NCBI GenBank assembly: GCA_030611085.1
Contig: JAUWQI010000005.1
Location: 1-61,097, forward strand
Length of the DNA: 61,097 nt
Source of the DNA: Dehalococcoidia bacterium
GTDB taxonomy: Bacteria > Chloroflexota > Dehalococcoidia > GIF9 > AB-539-J10
Direction of reading: 5' to 3'
Part shown: positions 1-9,824 of the stretch, one piece after another
Layout: every line of letters starts with the position of its first letter
How positions within the stretch are numbered: the first letter of the stretch is position 1
Translations under genes and position numbers: made by a program
The notes under the pieces: generated by a model
Databases searched by the model: none
What the model saw: the letters and a program-made list of their open reading frames with translations, nothing else
Told to the model about the DNA's origin: nothing

Positions 1-1
1 T

Positions 2-253
2 CCTGAGACACCGTATCAGAGATTGATGGAATCAGCTCAGATTCCGGAGGAAGTTAAAGAAGAACTCAAAGGCATATACCTCAGCCTAAATCCAGCCCAA
101 CTCAAGAGGAATATAGATGCCAAATTAGCCAAGCTGTGCAATGCATATGAGGAGAAAAGAGGAACCCAGCAGGTTAACCCATACAAAAAGTTAGTACCTC
201 ATACGGTAAGATATTATATGATGCAACAACCTTCAGTTGGGTTACCTACTTAA
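2..253 (+). CDS. 3' end of an ORF entering from upstream of the window; possibly the C-terminal tail of a transposase/integrase-type protein
   Basis: The frame is open from nt 2 (PETPYQRLMESAQ...LNPAQLKRNIDAKLAKL...) to TAA at 251-253. The listed 23..253 ORF is only its first in-window Met. The functional guess rests only on resemblance of the tail to DDE transposase tails and on the transposase gene at the other window edge. Confidence 0.3.
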   Translation, partial: PETPYQRLMESAQIPEEVKEELKGIYLSLNPAQLKRNIDAKLAKLCNAYEEKRGTQQVNPYKKLVPHTVRYYMMQQPSVGLPT

Positions 254-940
254 ATGATTTGACACGGGCAATATTCGCCAACCATTACGCTCAGCCAATT
301 GGCGTAAATCCTTATCAGGATAGGTCGCTACCGGATTACCTACTAGCTTTAATAAAGGGGCATCGAAAATGCTATCGGCATAAGCAAAACTTGAGGAAAG
401 GTCTATCTCCAATCCGTTTCGGTTAATAAACTCTTTAATCAACTCAGTTTTATTCTCTCCAAAACACAACGGCTTAACAGCCCTGCCAGTATATTTGCCT
501 TCAATTACTTCAAGTTCTGTACCAATTACATTTAATACGCCTAATTTTTGTCCAATAACTCCCAAGAATCCGCTAAAGGTGGCAGAGACAATCATCACTA
601 TATGCTCACTTTGTTTATGTTGATGCAAAATATCGACGACATCACTACGCAATGATTTAGAGATACAATTATCGGTGACCCAATGAAAGACCTCCAGTGC
701 CTCTTCCCTGCTTTCCCTTTTAAAAATGCCCCCTAAATCCTCCATCCACTTCACCCAACATTTCTCCCTGCTATATAGCTTACACTCACTTAACAACCAC
801 AAAACTGAATGCGTAGCCCAAAATGCCAATATCCAGGCTCTCTTCCTTTTATGTGTGAAATAGTATTTAAGAAAGCCTTCCCAAATATGCCCAGAGGATA
901 AGGTGCCATCCAGGTCAAAAAGAGCCACGATGTTATTCAT
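242..940 (-). CDS. HAD-superfamily hydrolase, subfamily IB-like
   Basis: 232 aa. Motif I is LFDLDGTL, motif II is VSATF, and the motif III acidic pair is YADSIFDAPLL. Its start overlaps the polX stop by 8 nt. Confidence 0.7.
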   Translation of the reverse strand: MNNIVALFDLDGTLSSGHIWEGFLKYYFTHKRKRAWILAFWATHSVLWLLSECKLYSREKCWVKWMEDLGGIFKRESREEALEVFHWVTDNCISKSLRSDVVDILHQHKQSEHIVMIVSATFSGFLGVIGQKLGVLNVIGTELEVIEGKYTGRAVKPLCFGENKTELIKEFINRNGLEIDLSSSFAYADSIFDAPLLKLVGNPVATYPDKDLRQLAERNGWRILPVSNHLSR

Positions 941-2663
941 CTACTCCTATATTTAAAAAGGACGTTACTTCTCCCAAAGGCAGGGTATTTAATATATTCC
1001 GAGGCTCACACCAGGCTCGCCGAGCCACGCCAACTCCAAATCTCATAAAGCCCAGATGGGCGGTGCTGTGAGAATCAGTTTCGATAGCAAGCTTTACCCC
1101 CAGGTCTCTAGCACGGAAGGCGTGGATGTCGTTTAAATCAAGCCGACTGGGCTGAGCATTGATTTCTAAAACCTTATTATACTTAGCTGCTGCTAGGAGA
1201 ATGGCTTCCATATCTATGGCTACAGGCTCACGCTCACCTAAAAGGCGGCAAGTGGGGTGAGCTATTATATCAACATCAGGATTCTCTATAGCGCTCAACA
1301 CCCTTTTGGTCATTTTCTCCTCGCTTTGATGCATGGCCGAATGCACGGCGGCAATGACTATATCCAGGTCAGATAGGATTTCCTGGGGCAAATCCAAGCT
1401 GCCATCAGCTCGAATATCAACCTCAATACCTGTAAATACATGAATGCCACCTATATGCTCATTAAGAGCCCTAATCTCAGCAATCTGCTCCCTTAGCCTC
1501 TCCACATCAAGCCCATGAGCGATACCTCGTCCACCAGAATGGTCGGTGATTGCTATATACTGGTAGCCTAAATCCCTGGCAGCTAGAGCCATCTCCTCGA
1601 TGGAGTTGTGTCCATCACTCCAATCTGTGTGCATATGGAGGTCTCCTTTTATATCAGCTAATCCTACAAGCCTGGGCAAAGTTCCTTCTTCAGCTCTTTC
1701 CACCTCACCCTGGGCTTCCCTGAGCTCTGGTGGAATATATTGAAGTCCCAACCGATGGTAAAATTCTTCTTCAACGGCAAATTTCTCTAGCTTCTCCGTA
1801 GCTATAGTGGTTATTCCATATTCGCTCAATTTCAACCCCTGCCTACGCCCTCTCTCCCTCAGGGAGATATTATGCTGCTTGCTCCCGGTAAAATACTGCA
1901 GCAAAGAGCCAAAAGAATCGTGCTCTACTATGCGTAAATCAACTTGCAATCCTCCAGTCACAATGCCACTCGCCTTAGTCGGCCCTTGCGCTAACATCTG
2001 CCCTACACGAGGCAAAGCAACAAAGGCATCTATAACCTCTTTAGGATTATCGGCAGTGCCCATAAGGTCAATATCGCCCAGTGTTTCCCTGAAGCGACGC
2101 AAGCTCCCAGCATAAGTCATATTCCTCACTCCGGGAACAGAGCGAAGGGAACCGAGTATTTCCTCCACAATGGGCAAAGCTTCCCCAATAGGGATACGCT
2201 GGTCTTTGCGGCGCAAAGCTTGAATCTGCTGCAGGATATTATCAGCAGTCTTATCGCCAAGGCGGGAAAGCTTAGCTACCTGCCCATCGTGGATTGCTTG
2301 CTCTAAGGCATCCACTGAGCTTATTCCCAATTCGCCAGAAAGCCTATTAGCCGTCTTAGGACCGATTCCAGGTATTGCCAAAAGATTTGTTATCCCTTCA
2401 GGGAATTCAGCCTTCAGGTTCTCATAATATCCCAGCTTACCAGTAGTCACCAACTCGGTAGTCTTTTTAGCTATTGCCTCACCCACGCCGGGGATATTCC
2501 TCAAATCCTCCCCCTCATCGAGCATAATCTTTATTTCCTTGGGATAATGCTCAATAGCCCGAACCACCTTCTGGTAGGCACGAATCTTAAAGACATTCTC
2601 CCCTTTAAGCTCCAAAAGGTCGGCAATGTCTTGAAATACCTTGGCAATAGCTATATTCTTCAT
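933..2663 (-). CDS. polX: DNA polymerase X family protein with C-terminal PHP phosphoesterase domain
   Basis: 576 aa. Helix-hairpin-helix IPGIGPKTANRL, pol-beta nucleotidyltransferase motif GSLRRFRETLGDIDLM, and PHP motif GDLHMHTDWSDGH. Confidence 0.9.
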   Translation of the reverse strand: MKNIAIAKVFQDIADLLELKGENVFKIRAYQKVVRAIEHYPKEIKIMLDEGEDLRNIPGVGEAIAKKTTELVTTGKLGYYENLKAEFPEGITNLLAIPGIGPKTANRLSGELGISSVDALEQAIHDGQVAKLSRLGDKTADNILQQIQALRRKDQRIPIGEALPIVEEILGSLRSVPGVRNMTYAGSLRRFRETLGDIDLMGTADNPKEVIDAFVALPRVGQMLAQGPTKASGIVTGGLQVDLRIVEHDSFGSLLQYFTGSKQHNISLRERGRRQGLKLSEYGITTIATEKLEKFAVEEEFYHRLGLQYIPPELREAQGEVERAEEGTLPRLVGLADIKGDLHMHTDWSDGHNSIEEMALAARDLGYQYIAITDHSGGRGIAHGLDVERLREQIAEIRALNEHIGGIHVFTGIEVDIRADGSLDLPQEILSDLDIVIAAVHSAMHQSEEKMTKRVLSAIENPDVDIIAHPTCRLLGEREPVAIDMEAILLAAAKYNKVLEINAQPSRLDLNDIHAFRARDLGVKLAIETDSHSTAHLGFMRFGVGVARRAWCEPRNILNTLPLGEVTSFLNIGVDE

Positions 2664-2734
2664 TGGCTTTGACTACCAAAGAGAAGAGTTTCTCAAAAGT
2701 TAATTATAATATCCTGCAAGAATAGCTGCACTAT

Positions 2735-2895
2735 ATCATTGCGAGGAGCAAGATTCCTCGCTTGTCGTTACGAGGCTGGTCCTGAACGAAGTGAAGGAAC
2801 TCAGCCGAATCAATCTCAAAATAAGCTCGGAACAAGCTCCACAATCTCAAAGCAGGATAGCAAAGATTACTTCACTTCGCTTATAGCTGACAGGA
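2735..2895. repeat. Pile of dispersed hairpin repeats (TGTCATT...AATCTC family and relatives)
   Basis: tcattGCGAGGAgcaagatTCCTCGC hairpin at 2736-2761; ctgaacgaagtgaaggaa (also at 19905-19925 in reverse); direct repeat caatctcaaa at 2811-2820 and 2842-2851; reversed family-A copy gattacttcacttcgcttatagctgaca at 2866-2893. Confidence 0.8.
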
Positions 2896-2907
2896 AAAAA
2901 TTGGCAA

Positions 2908-3141
2908 TCAGCTATTAATTTGATTATAAGCTTTAATCCTTCCCCTTATCCACTCCCAATCAGGCTCGCCATGCTCAAAGAAAGACTTAAAGTTACTCTT
3001 CAGCCACTCGTAGTAATCATCCTCGACATACTGGCAAAAAGCTTCCACAAGCTGTTCCTTGGAAATGCCCTTGGGAATCTTTAGCTCTATATCCTCAAAT
3101 TCGCAATCAAGAAATTCTTCAACTACATCTCTATCAAGCAT
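2908..3141 (-). CDS. Small acidic protein of unknown function, last gene of the 4-gene cassette
   Basis: 77 aa, rich in D/E and W (EPDWEWIRGRIKAY). Its ATG overlaps the methyltransferase stop (ATGCTTGA, 3134-3141), with GGAGA 8 nt upstream. No recognisable motif. Confidence 0.55.
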   Translation of the reverse strand: MLDRDVVEEFLDCEFEDIELKIPKGISKEQLVEAFCQYVEDDYYEWLKSNFKSFFEHGEPDWEWIRGRIKAYNQINS

Positions 3142-4060
3142 CTTTTGTCTCCGAAGACTTATAATTTTCCTTTGATTCTAACAATTGAACTTGCGAAACC
3201 TCTTTCTTCTTCCCTTGAGCATATATATGTTTTCCTGCTTTTGGAGAGAAGAGCTCGCTTACCTTCGCCCTTTTCCCTATTCTACCTGCTGGGAGAGGAA
3301 ACTCCTGAAGCATACAAGCAGTTTTTAGTCTTTGCTCGGCTATCTCACAATATTTTGGCGATATATCAATATGGATAAAATGCCGTCCTGTTTTTTGAGC
3401 TACTACTGCTACAGTCCCAGTCCCACCAAACATGTCGAGCACTGTATTGCCCTCATATGTATAAAACTTGATGAGGCGATAGATAAGTTCCTCTGGAAAG
3501 GGTGTAGGATGTCCATGACGCTGAGATTCCGGAGGGATGTACCAAAAACCATCAGAGAACCTCATAAACTCATCGGCAGTGATATCAGCCTCTTTAGAAT
3601 CGCTGGCTAGAGTCCACGAATCTTTGGAAAAAACTAGTACATATTCCCACGAAGGCACGATGTGAGGATTTGCTGGACTTTTCCAGCTACCCCACGCTGT
3701 TCGTCGCCTCATTGTTTGCTTGTACCAAATTATCTCTGTACGCATAATCATGCCCATATCTCGTAGCTGGTTTGAGAAGTCATGGTGAATTGGTCGAAAA
3801 TCTTTAATACTTGTTGGAGCAATATTTAGAGCAAAGCGTCCACCTTTCACAAGAATGCGCTTTACCTCAACCCAAACTTTCCTCATCCAGTTTAAATAGT
3901 CAACATAAGCTAAATTATCATTGTGATTCTCATAACTTATCCCTACATTATAAGGAGGAGATGTTACTATAAGATGAATGCTATTGCCAGGTATCGCCTT
4001 CATTACTTCTAGACAATCACCACATATGATCCTATCGATAAATACCTCAGTCTCCTTCAT
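3134..4060 (-). CDS. Beta-class DNA methyltransferase (N4-cytosine or N6-adenine; the SPPY motif favours m4C)
   Basis: Motif IV is VTSPPYNV near the N-terminus and motif I is DMFGGTGTVAVVA near the C-terminus, which is the beta order. The ATG at 4060 is preceded by GGAGG; the ORF track starts at TTG 4078. Lys-rich ~65-aa tail. Confidence 0.85.
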   Translation of the reverse strand: MKETEVFIDRIICGDCLEVMKAIPGNSIHLIVTSPPYNVGISYENHNDNLAYVDYLNWMRKVWVEVKRILVKGGRFALNIAPTSIKDFRPIHHDFSNQLRDMGMIMRTEIIWYKQTMRRRTAWGSWKSPANPHIVPSWEYVLVFSKDSWTLASDSKEADITADEFMRFSDGFWYIPPESQRHGHPTPFPEELIYRLIKFYTYEGNTVLDMFGGTGTVAVVAQKTGRHFIHIDISPKYCEIAEQRLKTACMLQEFPLPAGRIGKRAKVSELFSPKAGKHIYAQGKKKEVSQVQLLESKENYKSSETKDA

Positions 4061-5123
4061 TAACACCTCCCCGACCAACTACTTGATTAAAAGTGGCATT
4101 TCTTCCATTCGCAGATGGTTGATACTCAAGAAGAATCAATGAACCATTAACACCTTGCCTATTCCGCTCTCTTGAATACTCTATAACATGTTCATCGAAT
4201 GCCCTTCCAACCAAACATCCAACAATGATGTCTGAGTTTACGTCCACTAAATCCTTCTGATTGAACAGGTCCATATAATAGAGAACTTGAGAAAGACTTT
4301 TAGTATCACATTTGCCTGTTTTCACCTCAAGAGTAATGTAGGTTGATGTTCCTTCAATTCTATTTATGCAGAGAATATCAATAGATTTTCTTGTAGTTTG
4401 AGCTATAAAGACCTCATTCATAAAGTCCGTTATATCTCCAAAGATATCTAAAAGATACGGATCCCTTTGGGCAAGTTTATACATTAACAAAGCTTTAATA
4501 GAGTTTTCATATCTCCCAATGTCCCCTATTTCACGGTGAAGAGGAAGCACACTGGTGGATGGCTCCAACAAATTGAATCCTACTTTTTCCTGTCTTCGGC
4601 GTTGCCGATAATCCCGATGTAATAACCTAATGATCTCATTAGCCTCATCTTCTCCTACCTTTCTAATACTCCTTGCTTCTATATTTACCTCATTCTCAAG
4701 AGTCGCAAGTGACCATATTCTTCGGCTTTCAATTAACTCATAAAAATCCGTTACTTCGATGTTTGCATCATAATCACATAAATACCTATATTCCGGATAC
4801 GGGCTAAACAAAAAACGATAAGGAAACACCTCAAACCTATCTCCCCAAATTATTGATTTATCATAGAATGGATCGCTTCTTACGATATAAACACCATGCA
4901 CACTGCTAGGTTTATCTCGCCCCAATACATGAAAAAACACCACATCCCCCGCCTTCATCCCAATGAGGTCTCTAATTATCGAATACTTTGTTTTTGAGTC
5001 AAACTCCTGATAAGAACCTTGCCTTACCCTCCCGATTTTGTTCCCGTATATCCCCATAGTTAAGGTAGTTTCCCAATCCCTATCAGATATTGAACAGATA
5101 AATGCACCCACTATATCACCCAA
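4047..5123 (-). CDS. Fusion protein: N-terminal PUA/EVE-like domain + C-terminal PD-(D/E)xK nuclease-like domain
   Basis: 358 aa. The N-terminal part carries MKAGDVVFFHV...VHGVYIVRSDPFYD, an EVE/PUA-like signature. The C-terminal part carries SIDILCINRIEGTSTYITLEVKTGK...QVLYYMD, a D...E-x-K core as in NucS/restriction folds. The start is TTG 5123 or GTG 5111. It overlaps both neighbours. Confidence 0.6.
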   Translation of the reverse strand: MGDIVGAFICSISDRDWETTLTMGIYGNKIGRVRQGSYQEFDSKTKYSIIRDLIGMKAGDVVFFHVLGRDKPSSVHGVYIVRSDPFYDKSIIWGDRFEVFPYRFLFSPYPEYRYLCDYDANIEVTDFYELIESRRIWSLATLENEVNIEARSIRKVGEDEANEIIRLLHRDYRQRRRQEKVGFNLLEPSTSVLPLHREIGDIGRYENSIKALLMYKLAQRDPYLLDIFGDITDFMNEVFIAQTTRKSIDILCINRIEGTSTYITLEVKTGKCDTKSLSQVLYYMDLFNQKDLVDVNSDIIVGCLVGRAFDEHVIEYSRERNRQGVNGSLILLEYQPSANGRNATFNQVVGRGGVNEGD

Positions 5124-5526
5124 AAGTGTAAAGCCGCATAGGCTTCCTTTTCTGCAAACTATTATAGCTATCTATAAAAGTTAACACATCTTGGGAAAAA
5201 GCTTTGGCTACCAAGACCGGATCAACGCCCATATAATTGCCATTGGCGTATTTTTTAGTTATTTCCTCTAATTTCCTGCGGAATTCTTCCACGGAATCAA
5301 TATTGCAAACACCTTCAATACATTTTACCAAGCAATAGCCAGCACTTTTATCCCTACTCTCTAAATCTAGAAACCCCTTATTAAACAAGATAAGCTTTCG
5401 GGTATCATCTCTCTCAATAATAGTCAGCATACCATTTATTTTCTTTTCAAAAATACTTAATGAATAAGGATCCCTACAAATCGAATCATACGGATGTCCA
5501 ATAAATATTTTCTCAATCATGACCAT
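5116..5526 (-). CDS. Hypothetical protein, first gene of the 4-gene cassette
   Basis: 136 aa. The ATG at 5526 has GGAGG 8 nt upstream, and the stop overlaps the next gene's start. No recognisable motif; Cys cluster CLVKCIEGVC. Confidence 0.5.
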   Translation of the reverse strand: MVMIEKIFIGHPYDSICRDPYSLSIFEKKINGMLTIIERDDTRKLILFNKGFLDLESRDKSAGYCLVKCIEGVCNIDSVEEFRRKLEEITKKYANGNYMGVDPVLVAKAFSQDVLTFIDSYNSLQKRKPMRLYTFG

Positions 5527-5668
5527 GTCTTATGCCTCCACAAATACAAGAATGTGGACCGATTCATTATTCTACCCACCCCCTCTAACAATCATACCCA
5601 TTTTACCAATAAGCAACAAAAAAACTCTACCCTCCGCAACAATACCCATATCTCTTGTCGAGCCTCCA

Positions 5669-5932
5669 TCAATCCCAAATCTCATCCTCGGCAAAACCTT
5701 CCTCTAACCCCATTTCATCAGCTTCTTCCTCCGTATGCGTGGCGAAAGTTTCTTTTTGACTTAGGGAGTCTTTCAGACATACGAAGGAACGGGAAATGAG
5801 TCTCCTTACCTCGGAGCCGCATTGGGGGCATCTTTTAAGAGGCTCGTCATTCATTCCCTGCCTTATCTCGAATCTATCTCTACAAAGCTCACAATGAGTT
5901 TTGCCTATAGCTCTGTATTCATAAATTGGCAT
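5669..5932 (-). CDS. FmdB-family zinc-ribbon protein
   Basis: MPIYEYRA...HCELCRDRF...CPQCGSE (CxxC...CxxC). The start is placed at Met-20 of the listed ORF, with AGAGG upstream. Acidic tail. Confidence 0.75.
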   Translation of the reverse strand: MPIYEYRAIGKTHCELCRDRFEIRQGMNDEPLKRCPQCGSEVRRLISRSFVCLKDSLSQKETFATHTEEEADEMGLEEGFAEDEIWD

Positions 5933-5974
5933 TGGATTTACCTCTTTTAGATTGTTTCGCTTCTCCTTCACAGA

Positions 5975-6066
5975 GTTTACCCTGAGCACTGCGAGATTCT
6001 TCGCTCCGCTCAGAATGACAAGGAGTGAAGGGCTCGGGGGCTTCGGCTCACTGCAATGACAAGCAT
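5975..6066. repeat. Two reversed hairpin-repeat copies (TGTCATT family)
   Basis: The reverse complement reads cttgtcattctgagcggagcgaagaatctcgcagtgctcagggt and gcttgtcattgcagtgagccgaagccc. The second matches 19692-19720. Confidence 0.8.
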
Positions 6067-6076
6067 AAAAACATTT

Positions 6077-8665
6077 TTACCTTCCGCAGCAATATTTATA
6101 TTTCTTTCCTGAGCCACAGGGGCAAGGGTCGTTGCGACCGACTTTCTTGCCTGCCACTACCGACATCTTTTTGCGTGGAGGTTCTCTAGTAATGCCAACA
6201 TGGTAAATGCTGTGGACAACATCATGCTGGATGCCAGCCAGAAGAGCATCAAAGAGGACACCCCCCTCCTTTTTATAAACCATCAGAGGGTCTTGCTGCG
6301 CAGCAGCTCGCAGTCCTATTCCCTGGCGCATGTGCTCTATGGCAGTGAGATGTTCTTTCCAGAACAAATCAATAACTCGGAGCATCACCAGACGCTCCAC
6401 CATGCGCATATTGTCAGGGCCTATTTCCTGCTCCCGTTGGTTATAAAGCTCAGTAGCATAGTCATCCAGCCTCCCCACGATTTGCTTGCTATTAAGCTCT
6501 GAAAAACCATCGCTTCTGAATTGAGGTGGCAAGGGGAAAATAGTGGAAACATCCTCAAGTAAACCAGGTGAGTCTAACTCGCCCAGATTACGGTCAAAAT
6601 GGATATCAACTAAGCTTTGGATTTCGTCCTGAATCATAGATAATATATTTGTCTTAAGGTCAGCTCCGCTTAGAATTTTTTTCCTTTCACTATAAATCAC
6701 TTCTCGGTGCTTGTTGACAACATCATCGTATTCCACAAGATGCTTACGAATATCAAAGTGGTATCCCTCTGTCTGCACCTGGGCATTCTTTATCGCTTTG
6801 GTAACCATAGGATGCTCGATAGGGGTATTCTCATCCATTCCTGCCCACTGCATAAGCCCCTTAACACGGTCGCCACCAAAACGGCGGACAACTTCGTCTT
6901 CTAAGGAGGCATAAAAACGAGAGCTGCCGGGGTCACCTTGTCTTCCCACTCTGCCACGAAGCTGGTTATCAATACGCCTGGCTTCGTGGTGTTCAGTGCC
7001 AATAATATGGAGCCCGCCGAGCTTAACTACTTTATTATGTTCCGCAAGCCATTCTTCGCCATTACGCCCCTCAGGATTGCCACCAAGGATAATATCCACA
7101 CCACGCCCCGCCATGTGCGTAGCCACAGTCACCGCTCCCAAACGTCCTGCCTGGGCAATAATGCCTGCCTCCTTTTCATGGTTCTTGGCATTTAGCACCT
7201 CATGAGGTACGCCTTTCCTCTTTAAGAGGTCGCTTAATTCCTCCGATTTCTCAATGGAAGTTGTGCCTATAAGGACTGGCCTTTCCTGACTATGTAGTTG
7301 CTCAATTTCCCTGGCTACAGCAGTAAACTTGGCTTTCTCATCCTTATAAATCTGGTCAGGATGCTCAGCGCGAACTAATGGCTTGTTCGTGGGTATAATC
7401 ACCACTTCCAATTTATAAATCTTGTGAAACTCCTCAGCTTCAGTAGTGGCAGTTCCAGTCATGCCTGCCAATTTCTGATACAGGCGGAAATAGTTCTGGA
7501 AGGTGATGGTAGCTAAAGTAACAGATTCCCGTTGTATCTTCACCCTCTCCTTAGCCTCAATAGCCTGATGCAGCCCCTCAGAGTACCTCCGACCAAACAT
7601 CAATCTACCCGTGAACTCATCCACAATAATGACTTGTCCATCCTTAACCACATAGTCTCGGTCTCTCTTAAATAAGGCATGAGCCTTAAGGGCGCTCTCA
7701 AAATAGCCGACGAGAGGATAGTTAGCAACGTCATCATAAAGGCTCACACCCTTAAGTAACCCTGCGCTTTTAAGCGTTCCCTCCATCTTAGCAATACCAG
7801 CTTCCGTAGGTTTGACTGTACGTTCTCGCTCAGCAATTTCGTAATCTTCATCTTTGGCAAAGCGAGAGACTAACTGGGCGAAAGTGTAATACTTTTGGGT
7901 TGCTTCCTCAGCAGCTCCGCTGATAATAAGTGGGGTGCGGGCTTCATCAATAAGAATATTATCAACTTCATCAACGATGGCATAATCAAGCGGCCGCTGG
8001 ACACATTGAGACAAATCCACAACCATATTGTCTCTGAGATAATCAAAGCCAAACTCATTATTGGTGCCGTAGGTAATATCTGCTTCATAAGCCTGACGGC
8101 GAGTTACAGGGCGAAGGAAATTCCATTTTTTATCTTCCGACTCATAGTTGGGGTCATAAATATAGGAAGGGGCAGGGTTATCAGGAGTCTGCTGAGCATT
8201 GATACAGGCAACGCCTATACCCAGAGCATAGTAGATAGAACCCATCCAATGACAATCGCGCTTTGCTAGATAATCGTTAACAGTGACCAAATGGCAACCT
8301 TGTCCCGTGAGAGCATTAAGATAAAGAGGCAAGGTAGCCACCAGAGTTTTCCCCTCACCAGTTGCCATCTCAGCTATCTTACCCTGATGAAGGATAATGC
8401 CTCCCATCAACTGAACATCAAAGTGTCTTTGCCCTATAGTTCGCTTAGCCGCTTCCCTAACAGCAGCATACGCCTCAGGCAAGAGTTCATCTAAACCTGC
8501 ACCATCCTTTAACCTCGCCTTGAACTCATCGGTTTTAGCTCGAAGCTCAGCATCAGTGAGCTTCTCGAACTCAGTCTCCAATGAATTTATGTGGTCGACT
8601 AAAGGCTGAGTGTGCTTCAGCTCTTTCTCATTAGAATCAATCAGCCCACTAAGCCACTTAAACAT
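6077..8665 (-). CDS. secA: Preprotein translocase ATPase SecA
   Basis: 862 aa. Walker A is [14 protein letters not shown], and the C-terminal zinc motif is [14 protein letters not shown]. Confidence 0.97.
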   Translation of the reverse strand: MFKWLSGLIDSNEKELKHTQPLVDHINSLETEFEKLTDAELRAKTDEFKARLKDGAGLDELLPEAYAAVREAAKRTIGQRHFDVQLMGGIILHQGKIAEMATGEGKTLVATLPLYLNALTGQGCHLVTVNDYLAKRDCHWMGSIYYALGIGVACINAQQTPDNPAPSYIYDPNYESEDKKWNFLRPVTRRQAYEADITYGTNNEFGFDYLRDNMVVDLSQCVQRPLDYAIVDEVDNILIDEARTPLIISGAAEEATQKYYTFAQLVSRFAKDEDYEIAERERTVKPTEAGIAKMEGTLKSAGLLKGVSLYDDVANYPLVGYFESALKAHALFKRDRDYVVKDGQVIIVDEFTGRLMFGRRYSEGLHQAIEAKERVKIQRESVTLATITFQNYFRLYQKLAGMTGTATTEAEEFHKIYKLEVVIIPTNKPLVRAEHPDQIYKDEKAKFTAVAREIEQLHSQERPVLIGTTSIEKSEELSDLLKRKGVPHEVLNAKNHEKEAGIIAQAGRLGAVTVATHMAGRGVDIILGGNPEGRNGEEWLAEHNKVVKLGGLHIIGTEHHEARRIDNQLRGRVGRQGDPGSSRFYASLEDEVVRRFGGDRVKGLMQWAGMDENTPIEHPMVTKAIKNAQVQTEGYHFDIRKHLVEYDDVVNKHREVIYSERKKILSGADLKTNILSMIQDEIQSLVDIHFDRNLGELDSPGLLEDVSTIFPLPPQFRSDGFSELNSKQIVGRLDDYATELYNQREQEIGPDNMRMVERLVMLRVIDLFWKEHLTAIEHMRQGIGLRAAAQQDPLMVYKKEGGVLFDALLAGIQHDVVHSIYHVGITREPPRKKMSVVAGKKVGRNDPCPCGSGKKYKYCCGR

Positions 8666-8670
8666 TGTTT

Positions 8671-9609
8671 TTACTCGAACATAGCCCCCACAGATAACCC
8701 GGTATGAATGCGGTGGATGGCTTCGCCAAGAAGTGAAGCTATGGATAAAACAGTAATTTTGTCCAATTTTTTGCTGCCATTAACAGGTATCGTATCGATA
8801 ACCACGACTTCTTTCACTGGACTGGATGTTATCCTCTGGATAGCTGGACCTGAGAAAACAGGATGAGTACAACAAGCATAAACCTCAGTAGCGCCATGCT
8901 CTATCAAGGTGTTTACCACACCATTCAAAGAGCCAGCGGTATCGATTTCGTCATCAACAGTCAGTGCACACATCCCCTGAACTTCACCAATGATATTGAG
9001 GGTTTCAGTAGCATCAATATTTCCCAATCGTCTCTTTTCAATAATAGCCAAAGAGGCTCCCAGGTTAGCAGCTACATCACGGGCTCGCTTGGAAATGCCA
9101 ATATCAGTAGCTACCACCACTAAATTATCCAGAGCTTTTTCCTTAAAGTATTGGCAAAGAATAGACAAGGCAGTGAGTTCATCAACGGGTATATTGAAAA
9201 AGCCCTGAATTTGAGCAGCATGAAGGTCCACAGTGAGCAGCCTATTAGCCCCAGCGGTAGTAATCAAGTCAGCTATCAAGCGAGCGGTGATAGGCACTCG
9301 CGGCTGGTCTTTCTTATCAGTGCGACCATAGCCATAATAAGGAACAACAGCGGTGATTCGCCCCGCTGAAGCTCGCTTAAAAGCATCAATCATGATGAGA
9401 AGTTCAATCAAGCTTTTGTTAACTGGAGAGCAAATGGGCTGAATAACAAAAATATCTCGTTCGCGAACATTTTCCAGGATGCGGACAAAGATATTCTCAT
9501 TACTAAATTCAAAGATCTCGGCTCCGCCCAATGGTATACCCAAATAATCGCATACAGACTTCGCTAAAGCGGGATGGGCATTGCCAGTAAACACTCTTAA
9601 TTCATCCAT
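8671..9609 (-). CDS. prs: Ribose-phosphate pyrophosphokinase
   Basis: 312 aa, with [16 protein letters not shown] and PRPP loop [11 protein letters not shown]. Confidence 0.92.
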   Translation of the reverse strand: MDELRVFTGNAHPALAKSVCDYLGIPLGGAEIFEFSNENIFVRILENVRERDIFVIQPICSPVNKSLIELLIMIDAFKRASAGRITAVVPYYGYGRTDKKDQPRVPITARLIADLITTAGANRLLTVDLHAAQIQGFFNIPVDELTALSILCQYFKEKALDNLVVVATDIGISKRARDVAANLGASLAIIEKRRLGNIDATETLNIIGEVQGMCALTVDDEIDTAGSLNGVVNTLIEHGATEVYACCTHPVFSGPAIQRITSSPVKEVVVIDTIPVNGSKKLDKITVLSIASLLGEAIHRIHTGLSVGAMFE

Positions 9610-9696
9610 CAGTTACCTCCCTTCGCTCTTGAGGCTGTTTAGTTTTGATTCCTCGTTCAGTTTCAGGCAAGTTAGGGATGTTTCACTCCCAAATTA

Positions 9697-9824
9697 AATC
9701 CTAAACTCTAAACAAATTCAAATACCAAAACTTTTTTTCTTTTGAATTTTGGTCATTAGTGCTTTGGTTTTGTTTAGGATTCCGTATTTAGCATTTAGTA
9801 TTTCTAGTCAATTGGGCAACTACA
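9697..9824. repeat. Palindromic ~85-bp element (ctaaactctaaac family) followed by a half GTAG-hairpin element
   Basis: The left arm aatcctaaactctaaacaaa...ccaaaac pairs with the right arm gctttggttttgtttaggatt (9697-9782). tttagtatttc is shared with 20709-20720 and 29781-29798. caattgggcaactaca at 9809-9824 is a reversed half element. Confidence 0.75.

Noticed and set aside
5494-5799. 101-aa and 62-aa ORFs on the + strand
   Set aside because: They span the promoter region of the cassette and the antisense of fmdB. They have a Pro/Thr/Asn-rich low-complexity sequence and no RBS.
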